Positions 46,199 to 64,000 of a stretch of DNA of 64,000 nt are shown in pieces; positions within the stretch are counted from its first letter, which is position 1, and each line of letters opens with the position of its first letter. The translations under genes and the position numbers were made by a program. The stretch lies in the NCBI RefSeq assembly GCF_009914755.1, contig NC_060934.1; one strand, written 5' to 3'. Under the pieces are notes generated by a model. It ran no database searches. It worked only from the letters and a program-made list of their open reading frames with translations, and was not told the origin of the DNA. This stretch comes from the human T2T-CHM13v2.0 reference genome, Homo sapiens.

Positions 46199-49100
46199 CT
46201 CTTTTAAAGTAATTTTTAAATGATTCCTAAAAACCTATATATTCTTTTAAACTTTGGAACTAATTTTAAAAATTACCAATACATTGCCTTGTTACATACA
46301 AATTAACAGACATTTACCTCATCTCTGAGTGTGGATGTTATTTTTGTGAGATACCTTCAAGTCCAAAAGATGAAAAGGTGGCTTGTGCCATGGAGAAAGC
46401 TCCTCCTTGCCTGGAGCTGGGAGAGACCACATGTTCTCAGTGGAACACCCCTCCTCAGTGGTGATGTGGTGATCATTCTGATTGATGCTGAGAATCCAGG
46501 TCTGAATGGGAGGGCTGGAAGCAGGGTGGCCAAAGAAAATAACAGTGTCTGTGGACCCAGATACTGGTCTCATTCTTGGGCAGTTTCTGCCAGGTTTTTA
46601 CATCTGTAGCATTCAACAAGGCCTTTAACAAGCTGCAGGGTCATAAAAGTGGAGTTACATGTGTGAGCAGTGTCTCTGTTACAATGAGGAAAAGATAAAC
46701 GGGAAGATAGTCTGTAAGAAAAAATATTTTTCTCCTTACTCTCATTTTACATGAAGGATGCAGTGGAATTCTGTTTCTTGTAAATGTGCTAATTTTCTTA
46801 CTCAGGCTTTAATGGGAAACCTGGTGAGTGAGCAGGGCCCTCTGCAGAGAGCAGGCTTCCCTGGGGGAGGTGCCCAGAATGGGCTCTGGTCCCCCTGCCT
46901 ACCTTGGGCACAGCAGGCAGTCACGGGCACCATGAGTTTTGCCTCTGCCACGCCCTCTCCACCCCCCTGCCCACCCTGCGGGGAGCCCCTCACAAAACCA
47001 CTCCTTCTGGGCATTTCACATCTTGTCCTAAAGGAAAACAGCTGGAAGAGAAGGAGAGAGCAAAAAAAGAAAAGAAATCATCTATTAAATATCCGTCTTG
47101 TTTTGACAAAATCATAAATTAATTGTATGCATATTCTAAACATTGATCTTCCAGAAATTTTATTACCTGTGTAAACTTTTAGAATTTAACTATGTTACCT
47201 AAATTCTGAAAAGGCTTTCTGCTTTCCTATCAGTTTCTCTCAAAGATCACAGTGGACTTCGTGGATTGACACATGAAAGGTAGCAATTGTTGTTAATAAT
47301 AATAAAGTCATAGCTAATATACAGTTGAGAACTGAAAGGGCAAATAATTGTATAGAGTCTCATTCCCAAACCTTTTATTCATGGTTAAAGTCCTGGCTAG
47401 TGTCCACAAAAACCTACTTTTCCAGCTCCCTCCACCCTCTCAAGCTGTTGCCCTCACTGTTCAGTAACTAAATAGCCCTGAACTGTTGACGTTGTTATCC
47501 TGAAATCCATAAATACAAGACCATTCAGTAAAAACTCCAGCAAACAGAAAAATCAGAAATACAAGTGGCTTGCTAATTTAAGAATTTACTTCAACCACTG
47601 GAAAGTAATAAGTTAAAATGAATAAATTAAAAACACAAGATGTTTTCTTTTTTTCGTATCTGCAGCCATGTCTGGGGACAAACAAATTCCTTTGAAAGAT
47701 AACAATGTTATTGATTTGGAATGTCACTGCAAAGAAATGAAAGAGTAATTCCAAAGGAAGGTAATCTCTAAAAGTTGAGAGGAAATATCTTTTTATCTTG
47801 ATTCCAATGATGAAATACAACATTATTTCATTATTTTTGTTACATTTTATCCTACTTGAATTTAACATTAAGTTTGGAATAAAGTCTCTAAGACAGGATA
47901 TTACAAGTAACAGAACACAAGAAAAATCCTTCATTAAGGGTCACTACCAATCTGTTAAAACATGAGTGGGTGTGGGTACACTTCCAGCCCTTCTGTCAAC
48001 GCTTGCAAGAAGATAGAATAAATAGCATTCCACCCTCTATACTGACACATCTCCTGAAAACTACTGTTATCATTTAGGTCAATTTAACACACTGAAATAC
48101 ATCTTTAATGGTGATCACATTCTACTGTAGAATTTGAATTAAGGCCCTGTCTGTGAGTTTAGAGTCACTAAAGCAGCAGACAAATATTGGTAAGTACTTA
48201 TGTTACTGGGCACATGCATTTTATTTACATGTTGGTTTTCACTGAGACATAGGAGGGGTTTACCAACTATATTAAGAACTTTAATCAGAAATCCAGAAGG
48301 AAAAACACCAGGGTGAGAGCATCTGGAAAACTCTACCCTCAGGCATGTTTTCAATTCAGCAGAAATGTGGCCCCTGTATCTTATAAACACTTTAGTGGCT
48401 TCTTTGCATGAGGGAAAAGGTAACTAGGAGATGATGTTTATTAAGGTAAGAAACATTGAACACTGAAGACTCCTTCCTCAATTCAACAAGGCAAAGAACT
48501 GGTAATTCCTACTGAGCATTAATTTTATAGAGGAGTAAAACCAGGATAGGAAAAAAATCACTTATGATGTGTTTTTAATTAATTTAAACAATGTAAAAAA
48601 TTATACTTTTGCACATGTTGCTGTGTCTGGGATTTTGACATTTGAAAACTCAAGTGTCAAGTACGCTACCAGTTAATCTTTGATTTCATGTTAAGAGTCT
48701 GCTTTTGTTTTAATTACATAGTGACATGGAATTTGATGGAAAGGAATCCCAGTTTTTTCTATGTTCCATAAACGTGGTTCCAACTAACGAGCTTAGTTTA
48801 GTAAGAAATGAAATTTTAAATGTTATTAGTAAAATCTAATTCTATTTATTATATTTTCAAATGAACACATTTATTGAGAGCATTTATGGGTACCCAAAAC
48901 CCCTAAATGCTAGTGCTTATTTGGTACTTAGCATGTGTCAGGCACATGCACATACATACATACATCATCATATCATGCAGAAGATGTCCCTTACCCCAGG
49001 ACAAACAATAAAGTGGCATGGCGGGTGCTGAATGGTCATTTGAATTACAATCATCTAGGTGAGTGAGTGAAAGTCAAACTCGGATATTATATTTGAAAGT

Positions 49101-49772
49101 CTATTTGAGCACACACTGGCATTCTCACCGCCTCTAGGATTCTCCTATGTGCTTGATAATATTCAGGACTGTAAAAAATAAAGCCCATTTTCCCCCTAAA
49201 TATTTTAAAATAAATTTATGAATATAAAATACACATACACATTTTATATCAGTGTTGATATCTAAATGTTATATTAACATTTAGATATAATGTTTCTATG
49301 AAGGAACAATACATATTATTCAATATATATGTTGTCACTACTGTCTTGTACTGTAGTGGACAGAAAGAGGTATTACTTTTCATTCTTCAAATTAATAGAG
49401 AGGAACAGATACAAGCATAAAACAAAATTGTATATTAAAAGTAATTGTAAAATAAATGGCATGTTACTTTCACTTGACTAAGGTTCTATCTGCAAAATAA
49501 TAAAATCTTGACTTAATGGATCAGGAACAGAGTTCTGAGTCCCCTTTACCAAGATGTTTCTCTATAACCTAGTCTCCCTGTTGACAAAGACCATTCTCAA
49601 ACATGAAACTTTTTCTCAAATTTATTTTCTGAAGTATGGAAAGTAATCTGTAATCGAACACCAACATGGCTTCACCTCACTCCAACAGTGAAATTGCTTA
49701 TATGAAGGTCACCAATAAGCTCAAAAGGTCCCTCTGCCTTCATTATTTGATCTCTCAGCAAGTTTTTTTTTT

Positions 49773-49849
49773 CCTTAGGCAGCTATTAAGATAAGTTTAT
49801 TAATTACACTATGTATGGGTGATATTAATTCACATCCTTGCCACAGAAC
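49773..49849 (-). other. L1 3'-transduced segment with its own AATAAA and poly(A)
   Basis: Lies between the L1 tail and a second poly-T (49763-49772), inside the TSD pair; tttatt at 49796-49801. Confidence 0.85.
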
Positions 49850-53500
<3,651 letters not shown>

Positions 53501-53514
53501 TTCTCAGCAAGTTT

Positions 53515-54260
53515 CAAAGTATCAGATCATGCTCTATGATCAAGACATTTTCATGTCTCACTTCTCAATGACCACACGGAACTAGCTTTCCTCCTTCTTC
53601 ACAAGCCAACTTTTTGGGTTTATTTTTTTGTTTGAGACAGGGTCTCACCCTGTCACCCAGGCTGGAGTGCAATGGCACGATTATGGCTCACTGCAGCCTC
53701 AGACTCCCAGGATCAAGCAATCCTCCTACTTCAGCCTCCCAAAGTACTGGAATTATAGGCATAAGCCACTGGACCCAGCACAAGCCAGCTTCTTGTTCTT
53801 CTTTGCAGAGTCTTTCTAGTCTATGTAGGGATCAAACAGGGCTTTTATTTGGGTGTCTTTCTTTTCCCCATCTATAATCTCTAAAGACAGCCTCATCCAG
53901 TCCAATGATGTTAAGTAACAACTAAATGTTGGTGATTCCCAAATGCATGTCCCCAGTCTTTACCTTTCTCTTAAGCTCCTGACTACTATATCTGTACCCA
54001 TCTGCTTATCTGATATTTCTTCTTGCATGTCTTGAGCATAACTCAAAGTTAACATCAGGAATAGAATTCCTGATTCCGCTCTAAAACCTGTTCCTCCCCA
54101 AATATTCTCCATTTCCAAAAATGACACTATTCTTTCAGTTACTCAGTCCAAAAATTTGGGTGCTATATCTAATTTCTTCATTTCCTTGATTCCCCAATTT
54201 TATCCAACAAGAAGACCTGTGAGTTCTAAACTCTTAAATATATATAAAAACGATTGACGT
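53515..54260 (+). mobile_element. L2 fragment (continues from ~49650-49760), with an Alu fragment at ~53612-53780
   Basis: Degenerate L2-like text (ctcatccagtcc..gattcccaaat..cagtccaaaaatttgggtg). Confidence 0.6.
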
Positions 54261-54571
54261 CTGTCCAGCTTCAGTTTATATCCAACTCCTGGGATGGATC
54301 TTTCAGACTCAGGGATGTTATCAAAGACCCAGTTTCCTTCCATCCTTCCAAGGGGCAAAAGGCAAAATTCTAGACCAATGGATGTTTGGAGACCTCTTTC
54401 ACCTCTATTATGCATGATGTCAATTGCTAGAGTATATGTTTTTGACTTTTAGTATTTTAGGAATACAGATTATGGGAAGATCACAGTGATCTAGCTAATA
54501 AAGTTTAAAGGGAGGATGAACTCCACAGAGAGGAAGAAGGAATATATTTATATGAGGTAAAGGAGACATGG

Positions 54572-54645
54572 AGGGAAGGAAGGAGGAAGGAAGGAAGGAG
54601 GAAGGAAGGAAGGAAGGAAGGAAGGAAGGAAGGAAGGAAGGAAAG
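54572..54645. repeat. (GGAA)n microsatellite
   Basis: Direct reading. Confidence 0.95.
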
Positions 54646-55118
54646 GACAAATGAGCCTACGGTTCCAAAATATTTTGTAAAATCCACATATCGAAGGAAA
54701 ACACTCTTCATTCTTTTCTATGATATAGGAACAACACGTTTATGTCAATATCTAAACATAAACTTAGTAAGTTGAGTTTTATAGGTAAAAAATGATTTTA
54801 ATGAATTTTCTTAACCCTACAAGTGTACTAAATTCCTTCTGACTTTACCTTTCATTTTAAAGTTAGCTTATTTTGTTGCTTTTATTTTCACATTTAAGAA
54901 ATTTTTACATTATGTATATAACATCACATAAGCAATTGGAAAACTATGTAGACTCAAATTCTCTAGCATGGAAATTGGCTATGTCACACAGTCACATACT
55001 AACAAAAATTAATGTCATGTTATAAGATTAACAGTAATAAAAATATTTCAATTCAGGTTATAATATAAAAGCGTCATACAAGCTGAATTTTAATGCAAAT
55101 GCTTTGATAAAGAATTAT

Positions 55119-55455
<337 letters not shown>

Positions 55456-56313
55456 GAATATAGTAGTTGTAAGTCTCACACCTGACCATACTTTTGAATT
55501 CCTTCTCTTTATCTGTCCTCATCTACCAAGTCTTGCCATAAAAGAATCTGAGTAATTGGATCTCTTGGAATAATTAATAGACATAATAACCATGATGGGC
55601 CTAGCTGTGAATTCTACACTCTTAAACACTAGGTGGCCAAAGGAAAGATCTTTTTTTCACTTTGAGTGACTCATCTAAATATAATATTTTGGATTTATTT
55701 GTTGCTTGTTTTAGAATTTTTCACATATCTAAAACCCTTGGTTTAGTGCGTGCTTCTTTTTAAAATTTTTTAAATCGATTGCTCTGATGGACAAAATATA
55801 AATTTTTAATACAAAGCAAGGAGGTTTTCTGTGTGTGGCATTACAAGTATAGACTTTAAACAATGTGATCCTAATTGGGTAATACATCTGAAATGACAGA
55901 CTTGAATAGGAATAGTAATTAAAAGTCCAGACTTCAGATCTGTCAGTAGATAATCTTGGACTCAAGCCTGGGATAGGTCACTTGTCAGCTGGAAGCCTAG
56001 GCAAGATATTTTATCTTTCCAATTCTCAGTTTCCTCATGAGTAAAATGTGGGCACTAGAGTTATCAGTTGGTAAGGATTAAATGAGCTGGAACGGTAAAA
56101 GCTTAGTCACACCATACAGTTCTCAGAATATTTTATTTTAGTTTAATGAATACAGGTCCTTATTGTGCAAGGGATCTAATAATCAAAGATAAATTTATAG
56201 AAGAACTAAATTTTCTAACTAAAACTTCTCACCATCATATAAAGAGTTTTTAACCTCCACAAGGAATATGAGTTCAACATCACTGTAACTCTTAATGTAA
56301 AATATGGAACTGA

Positions 56314-56688
56314 TGATATGGTTTGGCGCCGTTTCCCCACCCAAATCTCATATCAAGTTTTAATCCCCACGTGTCAAGGGAGGGACCTAGTGGGAGATAT
56401 TTGGATCATGGGGGTGGATTTCCCCCTTGCTGTTCTTGTGATAGTGAGTTCTCATGAGATTTGATGGTTTAAAAGTGTATGGCACTTCCCCCTTGGCTCT
56501 CTCTCTCCTGCCGCCATGAGAAGAAGGTGCTTCCCCTTTGTCCTTCTGCCAGGATTGTAAGTTTCCTGAGGCCTCCCAGCCATGCTTCCAGTTAAGCCTG
56601 CTGAACTGTGGTCAATTGGACCTCTTTTCTTCATAGATTCCCCAGTCTCAGGTAGTTCTTCATAGCAGTGTGAGAGTGGACTACTACA
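56314..56688 (+). mobile_element. MSTA/THE1-type solo LTR
   Basis: tgatatggtttgg...gactactaca; TSD ACTGA. Confidence 0.92.
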
Positions 56689-57031
56689 ACTGACTTCTAG
56701 AAGTTGATTGAATTAGAGGGAAAACCTACATGAAATGCTATCATGAGCATTTCTTGTACTTGCACTCCCACTTAGTCTATTGGATTACCATTTTCGTACT
56801 GAACACACTTATGTCTGGCTTCACTTTTGATTTTATTTTTCTAAAATCCCAATCAGAGAATGTGAAAACCAATGCTATGAGGTTGAACCATATGAAAATG
56901 CCAGTATCCACTTTCTTTGACCTATAAAAATGGCTTCAATTTGATATTACTATGAACAGTAGAGTTGTTCTTCATTTAACAGAATAAATGTATTCATAGG
57001 AATATAATATTTAATTAAAAATAAATTTTCT

Positions 57032-57395
<364 letters not shown>

Positions 57396-57453
57396 CTAAA
57401 CAAATACCACTTAAAGTTGCACAGCAAGTCTGCTAAAATCCAACATTTCACTT

Positions 57454-58179
57454 TGTGGAAGGAAAATAAATATCAGGACCCAAAATCACTAAGCCAAAGG
57501 GGAAAGTCAAGCTGGGGAACTGGGTCAGACAAACCTGCTTTCCATTTTATTCCCAAATAAGATAGCCACAAAGATAAAAAAGCTACATACCTTACTCACA
57601 ATTTTGCTCACAAGGAAATTCCGTTGGGGGGGGGGAGGGGCGGGGGCTCACGATCTTTACCCTAAAACCATTCTGTTGAATTTTTACCCTGGCAAGGTAA
57701 ATTGATAGCTTATTTTCACAGGTGTGGGACAAAGGACAGAACTCAAAGTCATCCTGCTCACCTGAGACAAATGCATATCTGATTGCTTCCTCTGCCTTAT
57801 CATTTATGTAAAAATGCAGTCGCTGAGCCAGACTAAGGCATAAGTGACTATCTGTCTACCCCCATCTCACGTGTAAATTGTGTATCTCAGCGAAAGGCTG
57901 ATCAAACACTCGAAATAATACAACCGTTTGTCTCTTATCTATGACCTGGAAGCCCCTACCTGAGTTGTCCTGCCTTTCCAGACCCAAGCAATGTACATCT
58001 CACACGGGTTGACTGATGTCTCATGTCTCCCTAAAACGTATAAAACCAAGCTGTGTCCTGAACACCTTGGGCACATGTCATCAGGACCTCCTGAGGCAGT
58101 GCCATGGGCATGTCCTCAACCTTGGCAAAATAAACTTTCTAAATTGATTGAGACCTGTCTCAGATACTTTTGGTTCACA
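57454..58179 (+). mobile_element. MER4A-type solo LTR
   Basis: tgtggaaggaaaataaatatc..ccaaaatcactaagc...cttggcaaaataaactttctaaattgattgagacctgtctcagatac..ggttcaca; flanks ACTT/ATTT. Confidence 0.85.
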
Positions 58180-58982
58180 ATTTCTAGAACAACATTTTTT
58201 AATAATTGAAATATGAATACGACACAAGAAAATAAAAATAAAAAAAAGAAAAACTAAAACACAAATACTTTTATTTGCCAGAGATTAATATAGTTAGTAT
58301 TTTTTCATAACACTTTGTGGTCTCTTTCTACTAATATACATGTTTATTTTTACACTATATGATCCTTTTCTTTAACGTCTATCCTAATCCTAGTTTTGCA
58401 CTTAACAATAAGAAAGACTTTTATAAACAACTTCTTTAATAGTTACATAAATCCTATCATAGGAATAAATCACAATTTATTTAGCCATCGCTCTATCGCG
58501 CGTGTGTGTGTGTGCATATGTACATATAAAACATCTTGCTGGCATAAAATGCCATTTACATAAAAGATAATTAGCATTCATTTATTAGTAAATATACAAG
58601 AAATTCTATAATTGTCCCTAAATCTTGTTGTAATCTATATTCAATTACCTTCTCTTCCAGTAACTGTCCTTTTTAAAAAATGCAATTACTAATAAAAAAT
58701 TAAAAATGTGCTGAGTTTCACTTTTTCTTTTAGCTTCTTTGCCTATATTCTGTATGAATTTTCAAAATAGGTATAAAAAAACAAATGAATACAAATAAGA
58801 GAGGATAATCAGCCCCTGAATAACACTGTGTGTGGAAAATTAACACCAGGCTTCACAGGAGAAGCGGGACTGCGGACTGACTGATGGAAGGAGGAAGGTG
58901 ACGATGCGGAAAGAAACGCGTCGCTTTCTATGTTTTGCTTTCTACGCATGGTAGTTGAGGATGTAGAACTTCCTGTGCTTGA

Positions 58983-59234
<252 letters not shown>

Positions 59235-59933
59235 TGACTTTATCTCAATACTGCACATAAGCAAAAGAAACCAATCAAACTGTAAGTGCAGAGACAATGG
59301 CCAAATAATGTAGGAAATATTTTTGAAATATAATTATTTTGTAGAAAGTATAATTTGGCACTGTAATTATTTACATTTCATTTTATTGTTCTCCTAGATA
59401 TTTACTTTCTACCATTTCCCCTGCGAGATCTAATGTGTTTACTATATTTTTCTCTAGGTCTTTAAGGGATTTATCACTGGACAATTTATTAAGACATAGT
59501 TTTCTTCAAATAATAGAAGAATACAAATGGACGTTTTATACTTTACTACTTCTAGAAGACAGTTTCCTATGAACTATTTATTTATGTGTTTATAAATGTT
59601 TATTTATTTAAATGTTCCTATCCCATCAGCCTTTTTACAATTTCTCTGAGCTTTGTTTGTATTAAAAACTTAAAACATACATAAAGATAACATCAGTTTT
59701 AATTTTATGCCAATTAACCAAACCCAAAGAAAGCTTTTATGAAAATTAACAAACGGGAGAATCCTTCAGAACAACAGAAAATTCCAAAGGCATCAGTGGT
59801 AAATACTGTGATGATTTCTTAAACATTAATTTGCATGGGAACATGAGTAATCACAACTGTGAGAAAGCTGAAGGAAGAGAATGAAAATCTTAAATGCTAT
59901 ATACCACAGTACTGGGTTTTAAAGAAACTAAAA

Positions 59934-60404
<471 letters not shown>

Positions 60405-61379
60405 TTAATGTAAGTTCACTGCATGAAACTCTCCATAAGCTGAGAGTGGAGCCTATGACTAAATTTTGTCCTTCCTAAAAAGTGAAAACATGTTGGAAAG
60501 GTATCCCTGACAAGAGGTTGGAGGAAGTATATAAACATGTAAGTGTGCATTTTCTGGTACTTGAAATGTTTAAATGAAGAAGAGAATAACTTCTCAAGAT
60601 ATGACAGCAATTATCCCCATGCCTCTGTATATTGTGAATCCAAGAATAAGTCTCTTAAAGAGTCCTGGCTTCCATCCCAGGGGAAGAAGTTTTCTGCAGG
60701 GAAGCAGCGGTGTGATAGTGCCTGCAGAGAGGCCAGGCATCATTAAGTGCGGTGAGGAAGAAAGGAAGCCAGGGGAAAAGAGAAATAGGACCAGAAAGTA
60801 TATCTGATAAGAGAGCTTTTGAAGAACAGAGCAGAAACAACAGGATTTCCAGGAACAGAGGCCGGTATAGCATTGGAATTCATAGAATTTTAGTACTAAT
60901 GGGAACCTTGTGCGAATTGTAAACCTCCATCATTTACAGAGAAGGGAACTGAAGCTGGGAGAGGTTGCTACGTGCCAAAAGTTACATAACTAGTCAGAAG
61001 CAGAGTCTGGGGAAGTGGCTGCTGGAACTGCAGTTCTGAAAAACAAACAACAAACAAACAAACAAAAAACCTAAGAGAGTCAACACAGGCTGAAATTGTT
61101 TCTTCTGTTCCAGGTAATGGCAATTCATCTGGAGCTAAAGATCAAAAGCCAGGAGGAAATCCCCAGGATCCAGCCTGGGTTGGGCTGCTGGGTCTGTGGG
61201 GAGCAATGAGGAACTGGAGATGCACCTGCAATTAATCAGGTACATTCTTGTGTCCTTAGGTGTCTTCGCTTTGTTGTGCTGTGTGCTCGACTACGGGACG
61301 TGGTAGAAGGGGAGCTCCTTTTGTGTCAGGCATTTCACAATATTTGGCCCGTTTAATATTCATCATTACCATTTTACAG

Positions 61380-61620
61380 ATAATAATAATTGTAGCCACT
61401 AATACTGAAGTTATTCCAAGCAGGCAGTATTATAATTTTACATGCATTTTCTCATTTAATCCTCTCAATGACCACTATGAAATCGTATATTATTCCCATT
61501 TCACAGATGAGGAAAATGAGACATAAATTGGTAAATAACTTGTCCAAGGTCAATAGCTAGAGAATGGTGGAGTTAGGACTCTAATCCAAGCAATCTGATG
61601 TTAGAAAATCATACTCCTGA
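61380..61620 (-). mobile_element. MIR
   Basis: ctcatttaatcctc..attattcccatttcacagatgaggaaaatgag..aacttgtccaaggtca core. Other MIR-like cores lie near 33030-33210, 55920-56110 and 60880-61010. Confidence 0.8.
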
Positions 61621-61740
61621 AAAACAGGGAAACCAAGGTTCAAAAAGGTGAAATCACTTGAATGTCTCACAGTGAGTTGGAATTTGGACTCAGGTGCACT
61701 AGTGCATATTCTTCTACATCATGCTATAGAAGAGAGTCGG

Positions 61741-62025
61741 GGCCGGGCACGGTGGCTCGCGCCTGTAATTCCAGCACTGGGGAAGCCAAGATGGGCAGAT
61801 CACTTGAGCTCAGGAGTTCGAGACCAGCGTAAGCAACATGGCGAAACCCCATCTCTACCAAAAATACAAAATTAGCTGGGCACGGTGGCATGCACCTGTG
61901 GTCCCAGCTGCTCGGGAGGCTGAGGTGGGAGGATCGCTTGAGCCCAGGAGTGGATGTTACAGTGAGCCAAGATGGTGCCACTGCACTCCAGCCTGGGTGA
62001 CAGAGTGAGCCCTATCTCAAAAAAA
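61741..62025 (+). mobile_element. Alu (Jb-like)
   Basis: Full dimer. Confidence 0.9.
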
Positions 62026-62454
62026 GGAAAACAGGGACCAGGGAGACAGGGAAAAGGTTAGAATCACAATTTTGAAGGAAAGAAGGCACACACATACACA
62101 AACATCTGTTTTTCATCTTGTGTGATGAGTTGCCCTTGAAAAGACAGGATCCTACTTTTCCTTAAATGTTTTGAAGCATATTAACCTGAGTATGGGAGGA
62201 CCTACTTCTAACAAATACTGTACATTCATGGACAGAAGTGGGGAACTGAATTTCAGAAGCCACAGCTATGGAGCCCTGAAGAGATGCCCGGAGCCTGGGT
62301 TTCAAGGCCCACAGGCACTGGAACTAGGCCTGGCAAGCACTGTCAGCTCAGCTCCTCGGTTGCTGTGTAGTAAAAAGCTGCCACTTAAGTATTGGAAGAA
62401 TCATGGCTTTCAATGGAAATGGATTTCTTATACTGACAGTTTCTCCTGGAGAAC

Positions 62455-62730
62455 GTCTTGCTCTGTTGTCCAGGCTGGAGTGCAGGGATGCAATCATAGC
62501 TCACTGCAGCCCTGACCTCTTGTGCTCAAGCCATCCTCCTCCCTCAGCTTCTCGAGTAGCTGCGACTACAGGAGTGAGCCACCACATCTGGCTATTTTTT
62601 TTTTTTAATTTTGTAGAGATGCGTCCTCGTTATGTTGCCCAGGCTGTTCTCGAACTCCTGGCCCCAAGTGTACCTCCCGCCTTGGCCTCCCAAAGTGTTG
62701 GGGTTATAGATGTGAGCCACTATTCCTGGC
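62455..62730 (-). mobile_element. AluJ-like
   Basis: Diverged antisense dimer. Confidence 0.85.
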
Positions 62731-63095
62731 TGAAAGTTTTTTAAAATTAAAATATGGATAGTAGCAGTTTCAGTCTGAGCCACAGAGGGTGGCAGCATCA
62801 ATGAATGGTAACTGCTGTTACAGAGTTCGGACCACAGCTTTCTAGTTTCAAAAACATGATTTTTAAAAGCATCCACAGGTGACTGGAAATCCTTAAGCAA
62901 CATTAATAAACTTGTTATATAGTAACTTATATGCCAGAATGTTAATCTAATAGAGGAGAAGATAAGGAGAAACCACAACCATATTCAAAACATCAATATC
63001 TAATACTAAAGACTACGGAAAACTGTTATCAGAAGTCAGAAAGGCATGGAATGAAATCAAAGAACATTGTATAGTCTTAGAAAATATTTCATTGG

Positions 63096-63180
63096 GGCAA
63101 CCCGTTCGGGTCCCCTTCCACGCTGTGGAAGCTTTGTTCTTTCGCTCTTCACAATAAATCTTGCTGCTGCTCAAAAAAAA
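63096..63180 (+). mobile_element. Polyadenylated R-region retrocopy of an LTR12/MER51-like ERV LTR
   Basis: ggcaacccgttcgggtccccttccacgctgtggaagctttgttctttcgctcttcacAATAAAtcttgctgctgctc followed by A8, with no U5; flanking repeats ATATTTCATTGG / ATATTTTATTGG. Confidence 0.82.
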
Positions 63181-64000
63181 TATGTAATATAATATATATA
63201 TTTTATATATATATATTTTATTGGTCTCTGAGAAAGTCTCCCTTTGCAGTACGAACTAACCTTGTGGAGTGGCTAGATCATGACTGCTCACTTCAGCATC
63301 TGTCTCTTACTGAATGTTTCTTATCCTCTTGCTTTCTTGGGGGTCTGAGGATGGGGGGCTGTAGCATGTGTAAGAGATGACACTCACTAGACACACATTT
63401 TTGAGGGCTGCCCCGCAGCAGGAAGCGGCTCTGGAGGCCATGGGCCAATGAAGGTGCTGTGACGTTTACACTCACAGCCATCTGCAGCAGTCCACACTTT
63501 ATTACAGTTACAGTTAACATTTTCTTCCACAGTATTTCCTGATAATATTTAACAAAATAAATAATGAGACTAAACCCTAACTCATGTCAAATGAGTTTGA
63601 GCAATTATTACCTTACACACACTATACTGTCCCAATAGCCAGGTAATGAAATCTGATCTGGACACTCATTCTAGAAAATAGAGCAGTGCTGTCTGATTGG
63701 GGGCGGGAGGAGTATTCCCACGTCTTGGTCCTGCAGAGACAGCTCCCCGACAGCTCTGAGAAGCCCCAGGGCTCAGTGGCACCCGCTTTGAAACTCACCA
63801 ATGCAAAAAGGAGAATCAAGAAGTAAAAATCTGTCTGTATTCAATTGTATAAACAGTATAGCTTTGTCATGTAAGATACTAGCACAGCAATTAGTTACTG
63901 GTCTTCTGGGCTTCCTCCAAACCTCAAACCTTTGGTCCCCAGACCCACACACACACATTCATTCAGCTGAGGGGCAAATGAGATAAATCAAACTGTTTTA

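Noticed and set aside
46319-47122. ORFs of 70-119 aa in unique sequence
   Set aside because: No recognisable homology or coding exon structure; several start at non-ATG codons.
58855-58950. Small CpG cluster in AT-rich DNA
   Set aside because: Too short for a CpG island, with no supporting motif or structure.
63293-63986. Short ORFs at the window end
   Set aside because: I checked alternative frames of one and recognised no protein family; lengths are within chance expectation.

Overview
This is primate (most likely human) genomic DNA with no intact protein-coding gene. The main feature is an unprocessed interleukin-9 receptor pseudogene on the minus strand (~11.3-18.7 kb). Its exons 2, 3, 4, 5, 7, 8 and 9 plus an alternative 5' exon are identifiable, while exon 1 and the WSXWS exon 6 are missing, and it carries several frameshifts and a nonsense codon. 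To its left lies a very Alu-dense segment holding a tandemly duplicated CpG-island, promoter-like module (~4.6-5.3 kb and ~7.1-7.75 kb). To its right is AT-rich intergenic DNA full of LTR elements (MER52, MSTA/THE1 provirus, HERV-L/MLT2, MER4, MER41), L1, L2, MIR and Alu. IL9R pseudogenes are known at 9qter, 10pter, 16pter and 18pter. From recalled gene order (TUBB8 - IL9RP2 - ZMYND11), the best fit is the 10p15.3 subtelomere, but that is unverified inference. I found no convincing new biological system. The best sequence-level observations are an L1 3' transduction, a chimeric TSD-flanked retro-insertion inside a MaLR provirus, a polyadenylated retrocopy of an LTR R region, a MER41 LTR with two intact GAS motifs, and the Alu-bounded duplication of the CpG module. 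Repeat subfamily names come from recalled consensus sequences, and boundaries are approximate unless a TSD is quoted.
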